A stretch of DNA of 25,595 bases, taken from positions 1-25,595 of the forward strand of contig JAAOMT010000603.1 of NCBI GenBank assembly GCA_016748015.1, written 5' to 3'. The stretch is from Geosiphon pyriformis uo1. Lineage: Eukaryota; Fungi; Glomeromycota. Numbering within the stretch: position 1 is the first letter of the stretch; each line of letters opens with the position of its first letter. Under the pieces are notes generated by a model. It worked only from the letters and a program-made list of their open reading frames with translations, was not told the origin of the DNA and did no database searches. Position numbers and translations under genes: made by a program. Shown in pieces: positions 1 through 11,619 of this stretch.

Positions 1-1
1 C

Positions 2-3000
2 AAGCAGGAGGATGTTGTGTGTTGGCATCAAGATTCTGGCAATTTGGTCTCATTTATCATAGAAACAAAGTTAAGGTTTTCTACTAGGCCATGGATTGCA
101 AATAAGTTTAATGGAGTGTGAATTTTTTCTTCAGGATTGGATAAAGATTTCATTGGTGCTGGTGTTGCTATAATTATGGATAATTCTTTGGCTTATTATG
201 TTTCTAAGGTGGAGGAGGTTTCTGGTAGGGTTGTTTCTATTCAGCTCTTATTTAAAGGCAAGCTTTCAGTTACTCTTTTGGGATTATATGCTGGTGCCTC
301 TTCTGGGGGTAGATTTGGTCAGGTTTCTGAAGTTAACTCTCTCATTGCAAAAGCTGTCAACTCCAGCATTCATGTTGTCTTGGGTGAGGACTTTAATGAG
401 AATGGATCTGGTAGGAGTGTAAGTTTCAAGTTCTGTTTGAGTTTGGGTTTGCTCAATTTATTTGGCGGTTATTATTCAGCTGGTTCTCATATGTAGAGCA
501 ATTCAAAAGGGGTTGTGAAGACAATTGATTATATTTTTGTTAGTGGCAACTTGTTTTTTGCTGTTATTGGTCATCAGACAGTTCTTGTTTCAGATTTCTT
601 TGACACTAATCACAAGGCAGTTATGGTGTCAATTGGTTTGGGTGGGCTTCTGAATGTTTAATTGAATAGCATGCACAAGCAGGCGAATAAGGATTATTGA
701 AAATTCAAGTTCAAAAATGCTAACAGTGCTAAATAGGCTAAGTTTAGGGATCTCTCCTTGGCGAAACTTTTGTTATTGGGTGACATGTTCTCTGGTGCTG
801 AAGTGTGTGGTGATGTAGATGCTATATGAGCAATGTTACAGAAAGCTGTGTTAGGATCTGCTAATGAGATGTTTTCAAGACATTGGTTTAGCAAATTTAA
901 GTGTTTGAAAAACAAGCATTCTTCCAAGTTTTTTGGTTTGGAATTGTTGGTGGCTAAGATTGTCAAGAAATTTTGCTCTAGTGGCTTGTCTGATGTCAAT
1001 TTTCTTGTGAGTAAATGGTTGACTTTGGATAATGTCAAGGCTTGTGCCTTCAGAAATTTGGTTAGCTTGAATGTCAAATTTGATGTTGTTGTTAAGCATT
1101 TGTCATTGGTTCGCAAAGATTACAGAAGAGCAAAGATGTTTGAGTCAAGATTCGCTGAGGAAACTTCTATTAGGAAGGCAATTGATAGGCACATGGAAAA
1201 TTTCTGTTCAGACAAAGGTAGTATGATCAGAAGTATATTGGACAGACCCTTTTACAAAGTAGTGTTGGATCACCTGGTGGTTGATAATAAATTGGTTTTG
1301 GAGCCTGAAAAGGTAAAAGTGAGTGTGGACAAGATAATGAAAGGATGGACAAAAAAACAATCAGTGCATGTAGTGATCCTTGATCTTTGGGCTTGACAGT
1401 ATGCGCCATTAAGCTATGTCTGGAATGATGCCTTTTCTGGTGTTATGTGCAAAGTTGCCATAAGTGAGTTGCTTTTTGTCATTAGTGGTATGCTTAATGG
1501 CAAGGCTGCTGGTTTGTCTGGTATTTCGAATGAGTTGTAGAAACATGGTGGTGAGATGGTTTTGGGGTGCTTGTTAGTGCTATTTAATGTGTGTTTAACT
1601 GCTGGTGTGGTGTCTGTTTTGTGGAAAAAGGCATGGATTTCAATGATTCCCTAAGCCTTATGACTGGGATGGGGCTCTTACAAACACTCAGCCCATTGCT
1701 TTGATTGAAACTACCAGGAAAATACTGTCTAAGGTTCTTTCTGATTGTATTTTGGTGGCTTGCAACAAGTTTAATGTTCTTTGGAGTGACAATTTTTCAG
1801 TATTAAAGGGTATGTCTACACAATCTCCAGTGTTTGCTGTTGGCTTAGTGATTGAAGATGCTTTTGAGAAAAATCAAGAGGTTTGGTTGGTTTTGCAGAA
1901 TATGCAGAAGGCTTACAATTCAGTTGGGTGGCACCATTTGAGGGCTAGCTTGTGGCGTATTAAAATGTGTGAGAGGTTCATAAGGTTTTTCAATGGTATT
2001 TACAAGGATAGGGTTAACAGAATAATAAATGACTTTAGTTTATTTGGTGGTTACAAGGTGCATGATGGACTGGATTAGGGTAAGGTCTTTTCACCTCTCC
2101 TGTAGAGAATCTTTTATGATCCATTTTTGTGTAAGATTAAGAGGCACAACCAATTGTGTGGATACTGGATTAATACTAAGTTTGTTTCGAAAACTGGCAG
2201 AATTGAGGGTAATGGTGGTTTGACTTCGTACTTTTCAGCTGGTATATTTGTTGATGATACAATCTGGGTTGGAAATTGTCAGACTTCCACACAATATATG
2301 TTGAATATTGCCAGTGAGTTTTTTGTGATCAATAATATTTCTATCAACAATGAGAAGACAATAGCTATTCCTATAAATCAGGGTGTTAAGATTGCTAAGC
2401 TGAGTATTTGTGGTCAGCCAATTTTGATTGCTAAAAAGGGCAAGGATCATCACTATCTGGGTATTTTTTTATCAACTAAAGGGTTATCCAAGCCAAGTGT
2501 TGCCAAAGCTCATGTGGATGTGCATTTTTTTGTCAATGTTGTACTTAGAAAGATAATTACAGACAAACAGTTCTCATATTTGGTTTTGACTGTCCTGCAG
2601 CCTATTGTTAGCTATTGCATTCAGTTCAGTTTTGTTTCTTTTAATGTTTGTCACAAGTGGGATGCCTTAATTAAGAAGGATTTCAGATCTAAAGCTTGTC
2701 TTCCTTGTGATTTTCCTGATGCTGCTTTGCATCATCCATTATTGTATGGCCTGAAACCTTTTGAACAGATGCAGTCTGAAAAGAAGATAGCTGTTTTGAT
2801 AATGTTTTTTAATGCTTCTGGTGTCCTTGGGCATTTATTTAGTCATAGATTTTTGGATTTGCAAATTCTTGGTTAGGCTTTTTTGGATCCTTTACAGTTT
2901 CCCATCCATTTGCACATCAGTCCAGTGAACAATTTTTTGGCTGGGCTGGTAAAGATCTTTTTGGACAATGGGCTATCTCTAGTAAACAATCTCCCCACTG

Positions 3001-4619
3001 CATTTTATAGTCCTAGTTGTTTTCCTATGTCCGCTATTCTTGGAAAATCTCTATATTTTGATTTGGTCATCTCTCTTAGGCACTTTGGTATCACTTTTTG
3101 TGATTGGCTTTTTGATAAAAAGAGTGGTTTGATGGATTGGAAGACATTTTGCTATTAGAAGAGGTTGGATCCATGTGGTCCTGTGCCTTATTGGTTTGTA
3201 GTTTCTTCTGAGTTTTTGAGGAGTAAGAGTTTCTCATCTTCTGGTTCTGCTGCTTGGGTTAGATATTTTGAGGTCTGGAGAGTTCTCTGCTGTGAAAAAT
3301 GGATTGCATGATGTGTGGTCGGGTTTTTTTGAGGTTTTTATGGATGGATCTTTAAAGAATTTTGGTTCTGCTGAGGTTGCCAGTGGTGCTGCTGCTTACT
3401 TTCTGGCCTTGGATCTGAGTGTTGACATTGCTGTCCAGGGTCTTTTGTTATCTACTATGGCCGAATTACAGACCGTTGCTTTGTCTTTGGAGTGTGTTTT
3501 CTCTTCAAGTACTGTGGTGTTGCATCTTAACAGCCAAACTGCTATTAATGCTTGTATGTCTGAGATGTCTTTGGCTGTCCCCAATTTTCATAATCAATGC
3601 TGGATAGAAAGGTGTCATATTTTCAATTTGGTTAAGGATAAAGATCTTAGTGTGAGTTGGATTAAGATGAAGGGCCATTCTGGGGTTCCTAGGAATGTGG
3701 AGGCTGATTTGGCTGCTGGAACTGCCTCTGGATCTCCTTTTTTCTTGTTAGCTGGAGTGTGTAAACACTTTCTGGTTGTTAAGGGTACTCCTGTCTCTGG
3801 TAATACCCATTATTTTGTCAGGGATATTTTTTATTCTGTTTGTCGTGCTCATTGGGAAGCTGGTCCTGATTTCAATATAGTTCTAGATGTAATGATTGTT
3901 TACATAAACTGGATTGTTACTGTGATGGTATGGCATCCTGATTCTCATATGCTCACTGGTTTCACTAGTTATAAGTCCTCAATGCTTCAAACTTATCTTA
4001 TAAAAGCTGTCCATAGGAGATTGCTGATAGTGATCAGGAAGAGGATGTATGACAGACATTACCCTGGTGTGTTGTGTTTATTATGCAGTGGTGTAAAGTT
4101 CTCTGACCATTCTTTTACTTGTGCTTATGAGTCTAGCATTCGTGATAAAATTTTGGCTAAGACTTCTGCCCATTGGTTTGTTTTAGCTGGTGTTTCTAGA
4201 TCTTCTGCTTCCACTGTGCTACGGGTTTTATTTTAATGTTCTGTTAATATTGGGCTGTACATTTTGATTTGCAAAGAGTTTGTGTTGAATAAGTGGTAAA
4301 AGAGGCATGTAGTGTTTTTGATAATAGAAAGGTGGCTGTTGCTCGGATTACTGACTTTGTGAGATTTGTTGTGGAATTACATTGTGCTAAAATATGGTTG
4401 ATAAGATTTAATTACTGGATGAAGATGGAAAAGGCTGGTTTGATTCATAATAGTGGTGTTATTTCTGGACTTGTTTATGGAATGTCTTTGGTTTTGTTTG
4501 ATGGTATTGTTAGGTTGCTTGGTCTGACTAAGTCTTTTGCTGTTTGCTTTGGTCATCAGAGGCCATGTGGTTTCTTTTCTGGTCTGGATAGTAATGTGTT
4601 GGTTTATATAAGTATGTAG
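2..4619 (+). pseudogene. LINE-A ORF2 polyprotein pseudogene (endonuclease/reverse transcriptase/RNase H/CCHC)
   Basis: APE motifs ETKL, GEDFN(GDFN), TIDYIF and TNH(TDH). RT motifs QPIALIE, LQNMQKAYNSV(DxxKAYD) and GIFVDDTIW, plus YLGI. RNase H motifs FMDGS, AELQ, NSQTA and KMKGHSG..N..AD. ZnF CLLC-x7-H-x3-C. Many in-frame stops; frame changes near 1650, 3260 and 4290. Confidence 0.93.
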
Positions 4620-4757
4620 TGTTGTCTTGTCTGGCCTAAGTGACTAGTCACATGTAGAAAGTGCATGAGTTACATTTAGTTTGAGCTTCTTAGTTTGGCT
4701 TTTTGTACTAGATAGTAATTGGGCTTCACTCATTAAACGCATAATAAAAAAAAAAAA
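4620..4757 (+). other. LINE-A 3' UTR and poly(A) tail
   Basis: Aligns by eye with the LINE-B 3' UTR (25248-25384); both end in CATTAAAC(GC)ATAAT-A(n). Confidence 0.85.
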
Positions 4758-5199
4758 TTATAAGCAATAAGTTTTTTCTTTTTTTTTTGTTTTAAATTTT
4801 TTTTTTATTTTTATATGTATTTTTTTTGTTATAAACAATTAATTCTAATTATGTTATTTTTTAATATATTATAAAAAAAATAATTTTATTATAAATAAAA
4901 TTAAGTAATATAATAAATATTTTATAAAAAAACATATTAATTAAACATTTAAGCAATATTATTTTATAATTTTTTAATAAATTTCTTTATTTTTATTTTT
5001 AAAATTAAATATTTAAAAACCATATTTTTTTAATGATTAATTAAAAAAATTTTAATATAACTTTAATATAATAATTTGGTTTTTTTTTGTTTTTAATAAA
5101 AGTTAATTATTATTTTTAATAAATCTTAAACTAATTTTTTTTTATTATGTATTTAATAAGTATAATCTAACTGTTATCTAAATATTAAATATAAATTAA

Positions 5200-6060
5200 A
5201 AATATTAGAACTAAATATAATTTACATGCTTTTTACATATAATTAACTATTCAAACCAGTTCAGATTATATTATATTAATGCTTTTAGAAAAAAACTTAT
5301 TCAAAAAAAACATTTTTTTAACAATTTCAAACAATATAATAATATTATTAACTATTTTAATCAGTTATTTAGGCTGTTTTTAATATATTAGTCTTTACAG
5401 CATCAGATTTATATTTCTAAAATAACATTAACCTAGAAAATATATCATTATTTATTGCAAACAAATCTATTTAAAACCCAGTTATGTTAATATTCTTATA
5501 GTCATATTTAGTTTTTAAAGTAATTATTTTATGTTTTAGCTTACTAATAGCTTTACTAAAAGCATTTATATATACTATAACCTTATTAATCTTAAGACTA
5601 AATGCTCTACTTAAAACCAAATTATCATTAACAAATTTTTTAAACATAATAATTAAAAAACCAATAAGCTTAACAATAGACTTAACCAATACAAAAAGTT
5701 TGACCAAATTAGCTTTTAAAAAAATTAGCTAAAAAAATATTATAAAATTATTAATTATAACTGTAGTAAAAAAAGCAGAACCAACTAATAAAATAAAAAC
5801 TAAAAAGAGCATAAGTATAATAGTTTTGGCAAAAATTTTAGCACCAACAAAATAAAACACAAATATTTTAAAAGATTTAGGAAAAGATAATAAAAACATT
5901 TTGCAATTTATAACCAAATAATTTAAACTTTAATATTTAAAACAGTATTAATTTTTAAAAGTTTTTTATTAGATATAATACTTTTTTAGAGTACTGGTTT
6001 TGGTAATAACAGTATCTAAATTGTTTAAAAGATCTATATTAAAAATATTATTAACTTTTT
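5200..6060 (-). pseudogene. Heavily AT-eroded relic, probably the C-terminal part of a LINE ORF1 (zinc knuckle + coiled coil)
   Basis: The minus strand near 5900-5945 reads CFKY*SLNYLVINCK, which back-mutates to C-x2-C-x4-H-x4-C. It is followed by ORFs 5729-5917 and 5471-5707 with an amphipathic/coiled-coil-like pattern, the same order as in LINE-B ORF1. Boundaries are approximate. Confidence 0.55.
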
Positions 6061-6119
6061 CTTCATTTTTTTGGTATTTTATATGTCTATTTTATATGCT
6101 TTAAATTTTTGTAAGTAGA

Positions 6120-7400
6120 TTGTATTTAATAATAATAATTGGTTTTAAATTTTATGATATATTTTCAGATTTAATAATTGAAATTTGTGTTTCTAATTAA
6201 GATATAAATAATAATAATTTCTGTATTATATAATAAATTTTTAAACAATTTTTATGTGTAGTTTTTTTTAAAATTCTGTTTTTTAATCATAGTTTATAAG
6301 TTTTGTTGTTCAAAACTTTATGTATATAAAATAATTTACTTTATTTTGGATTAAATTTTCTATTCCATTGTTTTTTAGCTTTAGTATAATATAATAACAC
6401 TTGGTTTTTAATTTTAAATTTAACTAATTGGTCTAATAAACAATTATTATATCTTTTTTTTTGTTATTTTTAAGAATTATTATTATTGTTAGCTGTTATT
6501 TTATGATTGTTTTCTAATATTTTTATAAGCTGGTATGTTTTTTGATACAAATAACTTCAAAGTTTTTTTAGTAATTATTTTTATTAAAAAAAAAATATTT
6601 TTAATTTAATAAACAGTATGGTTTTTTTTATATACTAGTTTAAATAATATAAATTAAGTCATATTTTGCTTTAATATTTGGTATACAAATAATATTAAAG
6701 ATATAAATAAGTTCTATTCTTGTGTATTTTCATAATTTATTTTCATTAATGCTTTATATAATGTTTAGTTAAATTATTTTATTAATCTATTTGTTTAAGA
6801 ATAATATAATAATAATAATAGTTATTTTATTTTAAATTGTTGGCTTAATTCTATAAGTATGCTATTAACAAGATAAATTTCTTAGTTAAATAATAAATTT
6901 TTAAAACATTTATATTGACAAATTAAATTTTAATATATATATTCAGTTACTATTCTGATATTTGTTACTTAAATAATTTTAGTTTTAAACTATTTGATAA
7001 GATAGTTTATTACTATAGCAATATAATAATTTCTATTAAAAATAATTAAGAAAGATCCAACTAAATTAATTTTAATTCTATTAAATAGATTTCTAATTAA
7101 AATAGATTAAAGTGATTCTGTTATTCTGATTTCTTCTCTTTTTGGTAAAAGTTATAATTAAGGACATATTTAAAGATATTTTTATATATTGTTAACCAAT
7201 AATATAAATTAATTGTTTTTTTTAAGATAGTATTTTTATTAAAATGTTTTGCTATTAAATTTGAGTACATATTAAACAAAACAATTTCGTTTTTATTATT
7301 TTTTATAACTTGTTATAGTGTAAAATAATTTCAGTATTTTTGATAATATAATTAATTATTGTAAATAAGATAGTTTTGAGCTTGTTTTTGTATAACTTTT
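6120..7400 (-). pseudogene. pol: Gypsy integrase relic (H2C2, rve core, GPY/F-type C-terminal module)
   Basis: AKHF..YYW (H2C2 region); FNRIKINLVGS (=FDRIGIDLVGP, ~7056-7085); INYLIK* (=DYLTKW); YS*TNRLIK*FN*TL (=HPQTNGLVERFNRTL); FKIKNQVLL..KFNPK*SKLFYIHKV..NKTYKL (=FKIGDxVLL..KFxPKWxGPFYI..NGTYKL, ~6290-6420). Confidence 0.87.
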
Positions 7401-7489
7401 TGTTTCTGTTAAGATAATTTTTTCTTAAATTATAGAGTTAATAAATATTAATATAATTATTAGTAAGTAGTTGTATTTATAAACACAAA

Positions 7490-7936
7490 ATTAGATTTAA
7501 GTTATTTTTAGTATTTTTAACTTCTTTTTTATAATGTATTTTGTATAAAAATTGCTACAAGTAAGTATTCTATCTAGTATATTTTTCTTTTATTTGTGAT
7601 TTATTAAATAATTAAATTAGTTTTTTATAATTAATATATAAGTTAAAGAAATATTAAAGATAATGTTTTTAATTTTGTATAGTCTAGTAAATAATAAAAC
7701 ATTCTAAGTCAATAGTATTATATATATATTTAATAACACTAATGCTATAGTTGATATAAATAATAAAGTGTTCTTAATTATTAGGTTTAATTTGCAATAA
7801 AACTGCTCCTAGTATATTTTTTAAGATATTTGAAGCTATAATAAAATATTTATTAAAGTTTAGGTAAATTAAAATTGGTATTTTAATAAGTTATTATTTA
7901 AAATAATTAAAAGCTTTTTGTTAACCAGTTTTCTAT
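7490..7936 (-). pseudogene. pol: Gypsy RT-connection/RNase H relic
   Basis: QKAFNYFK**LIKIPILIYLNFNKYFII (=QxAFxxLKxxLxxAPILxYPDFxKPFI), LGAVLLQ (7792-7812), YNTIDLEC and KHYL. Confidence 0.85.
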
Positions 7937-7940
7937 ATGT

Positions 7941-8874
7941 TGTTACAGATAATTATTTGGGGTGTTAATACAAATAACAAATCTGTAACTTGGTGCTCAA
8001 TAGCTGAGATTGTTGATAATATCTGAAAGTTTTTGTGATCTGAAAGTTTTGGTTGAATTCTTTGTATAATAGACAAAGATTTAATGATTGTTTTAATAGT
8101 TTTTTGGAATAATTATTTCATTAAATTTTTTTCTTTAATGTGGTGGCCAGTTTATTTTGACAGTTATATTCTTCTGGTAAGCTATTCTCAATTTTCGAGT
8201 TCTATACCTTTATTTTTAAGTCTTTTACTAAGCTATTCTTAATGTCAAATTACTTAATGCTTAATTTTTTTAATTAGTTAGTAAACAACAACAAAATAAA
8301 AAAAATAAAAAAAAATAAAAAATTAGTATTTTGTTAATAGCTGTAATCAAGAATTATTGGTTTAATGTGATTAAGTATTGAATTTTATCAACATAAAGTG
8401 TTGATAGAATGAGAATGATAAAGATTTTTTAATCAAATAACAATAACATGAATTTAAGTAATAATTAATATTTTATTAATATGTAATTGAATTTCATTTT
8501 AAGTTGTAAAAAACTATCTTTTGAAAAAAAAAGTATGAGATAATTTATGAGTTGTAAGTATTAATTTTGAACTGAATTTTTTTTTTTGTTTTTATACTTT
8601 TACTATATATATATATTTTTTGTTTTATAAAATCTTACATTTTCTTGAACAATATGCTCTAATTTATTGACATTACTTATATTGTTGAGCAATATGCTCT
8701 AATTTATTGAAATTGCTTATATTATTAAGTAGTATGCTCTAATTTACTATATATTGTTAAGCAATGTGTCATAATTTTTGACATTGTGCTTATATATTAA
8801 TTACTATTCTCTTATTGGTTTATTTTTTTATCTGTTTTTTTAGCTTTTTTTTTTGTATTTTTCTATAAGTAACA
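7941..8874 (-). mobile_element. Solo LTR (subfamily B) inserted in the Gypsy pol at the RT/RNase H junction
   Basis: Termini TGTTAC...GTAACA. TSD ATGT at 7937-7940 and 8875-8878. Removing it restores LYI*KTG*QKAF (=PYxWxxxQQxAF). Homologous, in inverted orientation, to 11620-12387. Confidence 0.92.
8645..8795. repeat. ~40-bp tandem repeat (3-4 imperfect copies) inside the solo LTR
   Basis: Units resemble TTGAGCAATATGCTCTAATTTATTGACATTACTTATATTG. Confidence 0.8.
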
Positions 8875-8878
8875 ATGT

Positions 8879-9745
8879 ATAAAATATGTTTTGATAATAA
8901 ATAATAAAAAAGTTTTACAATATTTAATAAATTTTTAATAAACTAATAATAATATTTAGTTAGTTTTAAAATTTTTTTCAGTTTTTGGAAGTTAATTAGA
9001 GCAGAAAAATTCTTAACTTTCTGAATTTTGTTAATATTTGGTTTTACTTTATTTTTGCTAATTACATATCTTAAGAATTTTAATTTGGTTTTTTCAAAGA
9101 AATATTTATCAAAATTAAGTTTTAATTTTGTATTTTTAGTCAGTTAAATATTTGTTAAAGATAAAATAAATGCTTATTAAAGATTTTAAAAAAGATGTTA
9201 GTGTTATTTAAGTATATTATAACTGATTTTTAAAGAATTTCTTTGTATAAAGCATTTATTAGATATTAAAAAGTAGTGAAAATATTACAAGTTTAAAGAA
9301 CATTATATTAAATTTGTAGTTTTTTTTTTAATGATAAATATTATTTTTTTGTCAATAAAATTTGCTGGTTAAATTTAAAAATGAAAACTATTTCTTATTT
9401 TTTAGATTATCTAGAATTTCCTAAATAAAAAAAGTTAAATAACTATTTCTTTTAATAATATTATTAAGTTATTTGTAATTTATACAAAAATAAATTTTTC
9501 TGTTTTTTTTGGTAACCAAAACAACAGATAAAGACTAGAGACTTAGAAATTTTTTGATTAATCTATTATTTAACATTTGTTGTACTTTTTGTTTAATTAA
9601 GTTGTTACTGTTAAGAATAACTTAATAGACTTACTATTTAATAAATCTGGTATTTTTAGTGTTAATTTGTGTTTTATAATATCAGTTTATTTAAATTTGT
9701 TTTTACTGACAAAAACATTGGTGTATTGGTTTAAAAGAACTTTTA
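8879..9745 (-). pseudogene. pol: Gypsy reverse transcriptase relic
   Basis: SL*SLSVVLVTKKNRKIYFCINYK*LN (=SPWSSPVVLVxKKDGxxRFCxDYRxLN); FSFLNLTSKF (=FSxLDLxSGF); YKFNIMFF; YLNN (=YLDD, 9203-9214); LKLNFDKYFF..FLRYVIS (=LKLNPxKCxF..FLGHxIS). Confidence 0.9.
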
Positions 9746-10214
9746 GTTACATTTACATATTCAAATTTTTAAGATTAAGTCTTTCAATTTTTTTTGAAAT
9801 AAATAAATAACTTTCTTTTAACATGTTTTATATTTGGAAAAATGATATTACAGAATAGAAAGAGTTGAGCAAAATTCGAAATAGATTATAGTTTATTAGA
9901 ATTTTGTATATTTAAAATTATAAAACCAATAAAAATTTCTTTAAAATCTTAATAATATTCTTAGTAAAATTGTAAATAAAAATTTTAAAATATTTTTGGA
10001 CTTTGGCAAATATATATATATTTGTAATATTTGTTAGATAATAAACTTTAGAAACTTCTTCAAACAATAGAACTTGATTCTAAATTTTTCAATTAATTTT
10101 TATAATATAATAATAATATAAAGAATAAAAATAATAATAATAATATAGATAAATTCTACTTAATTACTAAATTTTTTTACATAATTAACTAGTATATTTT
10201 TTTTTTATTAAACT

Positions 10215-10596
10215 CAAATCCTTAAATTTTTCTAATAATTAAGTTTAATTTTTTTCTAATGTTCATTAAAATAAAATAAAATATTTTAACAAGAAATAAA
10301 AAATAAATTATGCAATTTTTTTTTAAGATTTAATAATATAAGATTAATTTGAATTATTCTAAAACATTACAATAATATTTTTCATGTATCTTGTATTTAT
10401 TATTATTTTTTAATATTAATTATTTTTTTTATAAAATTAAAGCATAATATAATTTGTACTATTATACTAATAAGAATTTTCAATGTTATTTTTAGATATA
10501 TGTTTATAAAAAAATAAGGTATTATAATTATAAAAAATTGTCTAAGATATTTCAAATCAAATCTGATATTATTAATATGTGCTCTTTTAAAGCACA

Positions 10597-10597
<1 letters not shown>
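10215..10597 (-). pseudogene. dut: Trimeric dUTPase domain relic within the Gypsy pol
   Basis: KRAHINNIRFDLKY (=motif 1, RAHxxDAGFDL); INTRYMKNIIVM (=motif 3, IDxGYxGxIxV); KKK.A*FIF (=motif 4, xKIAQ); RKI*GFEF (=motif 5, RGxxGFGS). The motifs occur in the correct order and spacing. Confidence 0.8.

Positions 10598-10598
<1 letters not shown>

Positions 10599-10688
<90 letters not shown>
10599..10688. repeat. (TTA)30 microsatellite
   Basis: A perfect 90-bp trinucleotide run. Confidence 0.98.
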
Positions 10689-10690
<2 letters not shown>

Positions 10691-11619
10691 CTATTTTAAT
10701 TCTAATTCCTTAAAAAAATCTGAATAAACAAAGTATTATTCAATTTTAATAATAATATTTAACTTTTGAAATTGAATATTCTTTAGATTTATTTTATATT
10801 TTTTTGGGTTTTTTTTAGCTTAGTAATTGAGTAAAGTATTTAAAATAATAAGTTAAATAGAAAATTACACTTATTATAATATTAAAAATAGTAAGAGATC
10901 AAACAATAATTATACAGTTTTGTATTAAGATTGGTTAGTTTTTGTTTTTTACAAATAAGAATAAGTTCTTGATATTAGTTTTAAAAAACTTTGAAATTAT
11001 TAATAAACAGTTTATTTATCTTTTTTATAATTATTAAGACATTTTTATGACATGTATTTTTTATTCATAATATTTTTCTATTTTGTAGTGGCTATTTTCC
11101 AAATTTTATTATTATTATAGAGATATAAATTTAATTAGTTTATTGCTTAACTATAAGCAATAACAAATAAGTTTTTTTTTGGATTCAGTTATTAATTAGA
11201 ATAGTGTACTAACAAAATTTGTTATATGTTTTTTCTTTGCTAAAAATATTATTCCATAGTTTTTTATTGGACAAGATTTTATTATAAATAAAACATGAAT
11301 TCTATTTGCTTTGTTGTATTAATTACTCAAATTATTTCAATATACAAAAATGGCAATAATATTTAAGAACAGTTTATTATATTTCATTATCTTTAACACA
11401 TATATTTATTGAAAATAATTTTTTTTCACAATTAATATAAATTAATTTTAGTAATTAATATGGTTGGCTTTTTTAATTCAAAGTTGAATAGTCTAAAATT
11501 GATGTTTAGAGTTCTTTGTCAGCTTATTTTTTGCTTTTTTTTTTCAAATAGATAGTAATAATAAGTTTATTTTAAAATTATTAATTCAAAAAACTTAATA
11601 AGTTTTTAAAGTTAGCTGT

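Larger units (their letters stand above)
1..4757 (+). mobile_element. LINE-A: non-LTR retrotransposon (APE-RT-RNaseH-ZnF), 5' part outside window, inactivated
   Basis: Colinear with LINE-B ORF2 along its whole length. Ends in a 3' UTR with CATAAT followed by 12 A (4746-4757), where GC content drops abruptly. Confidence 0.95.
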
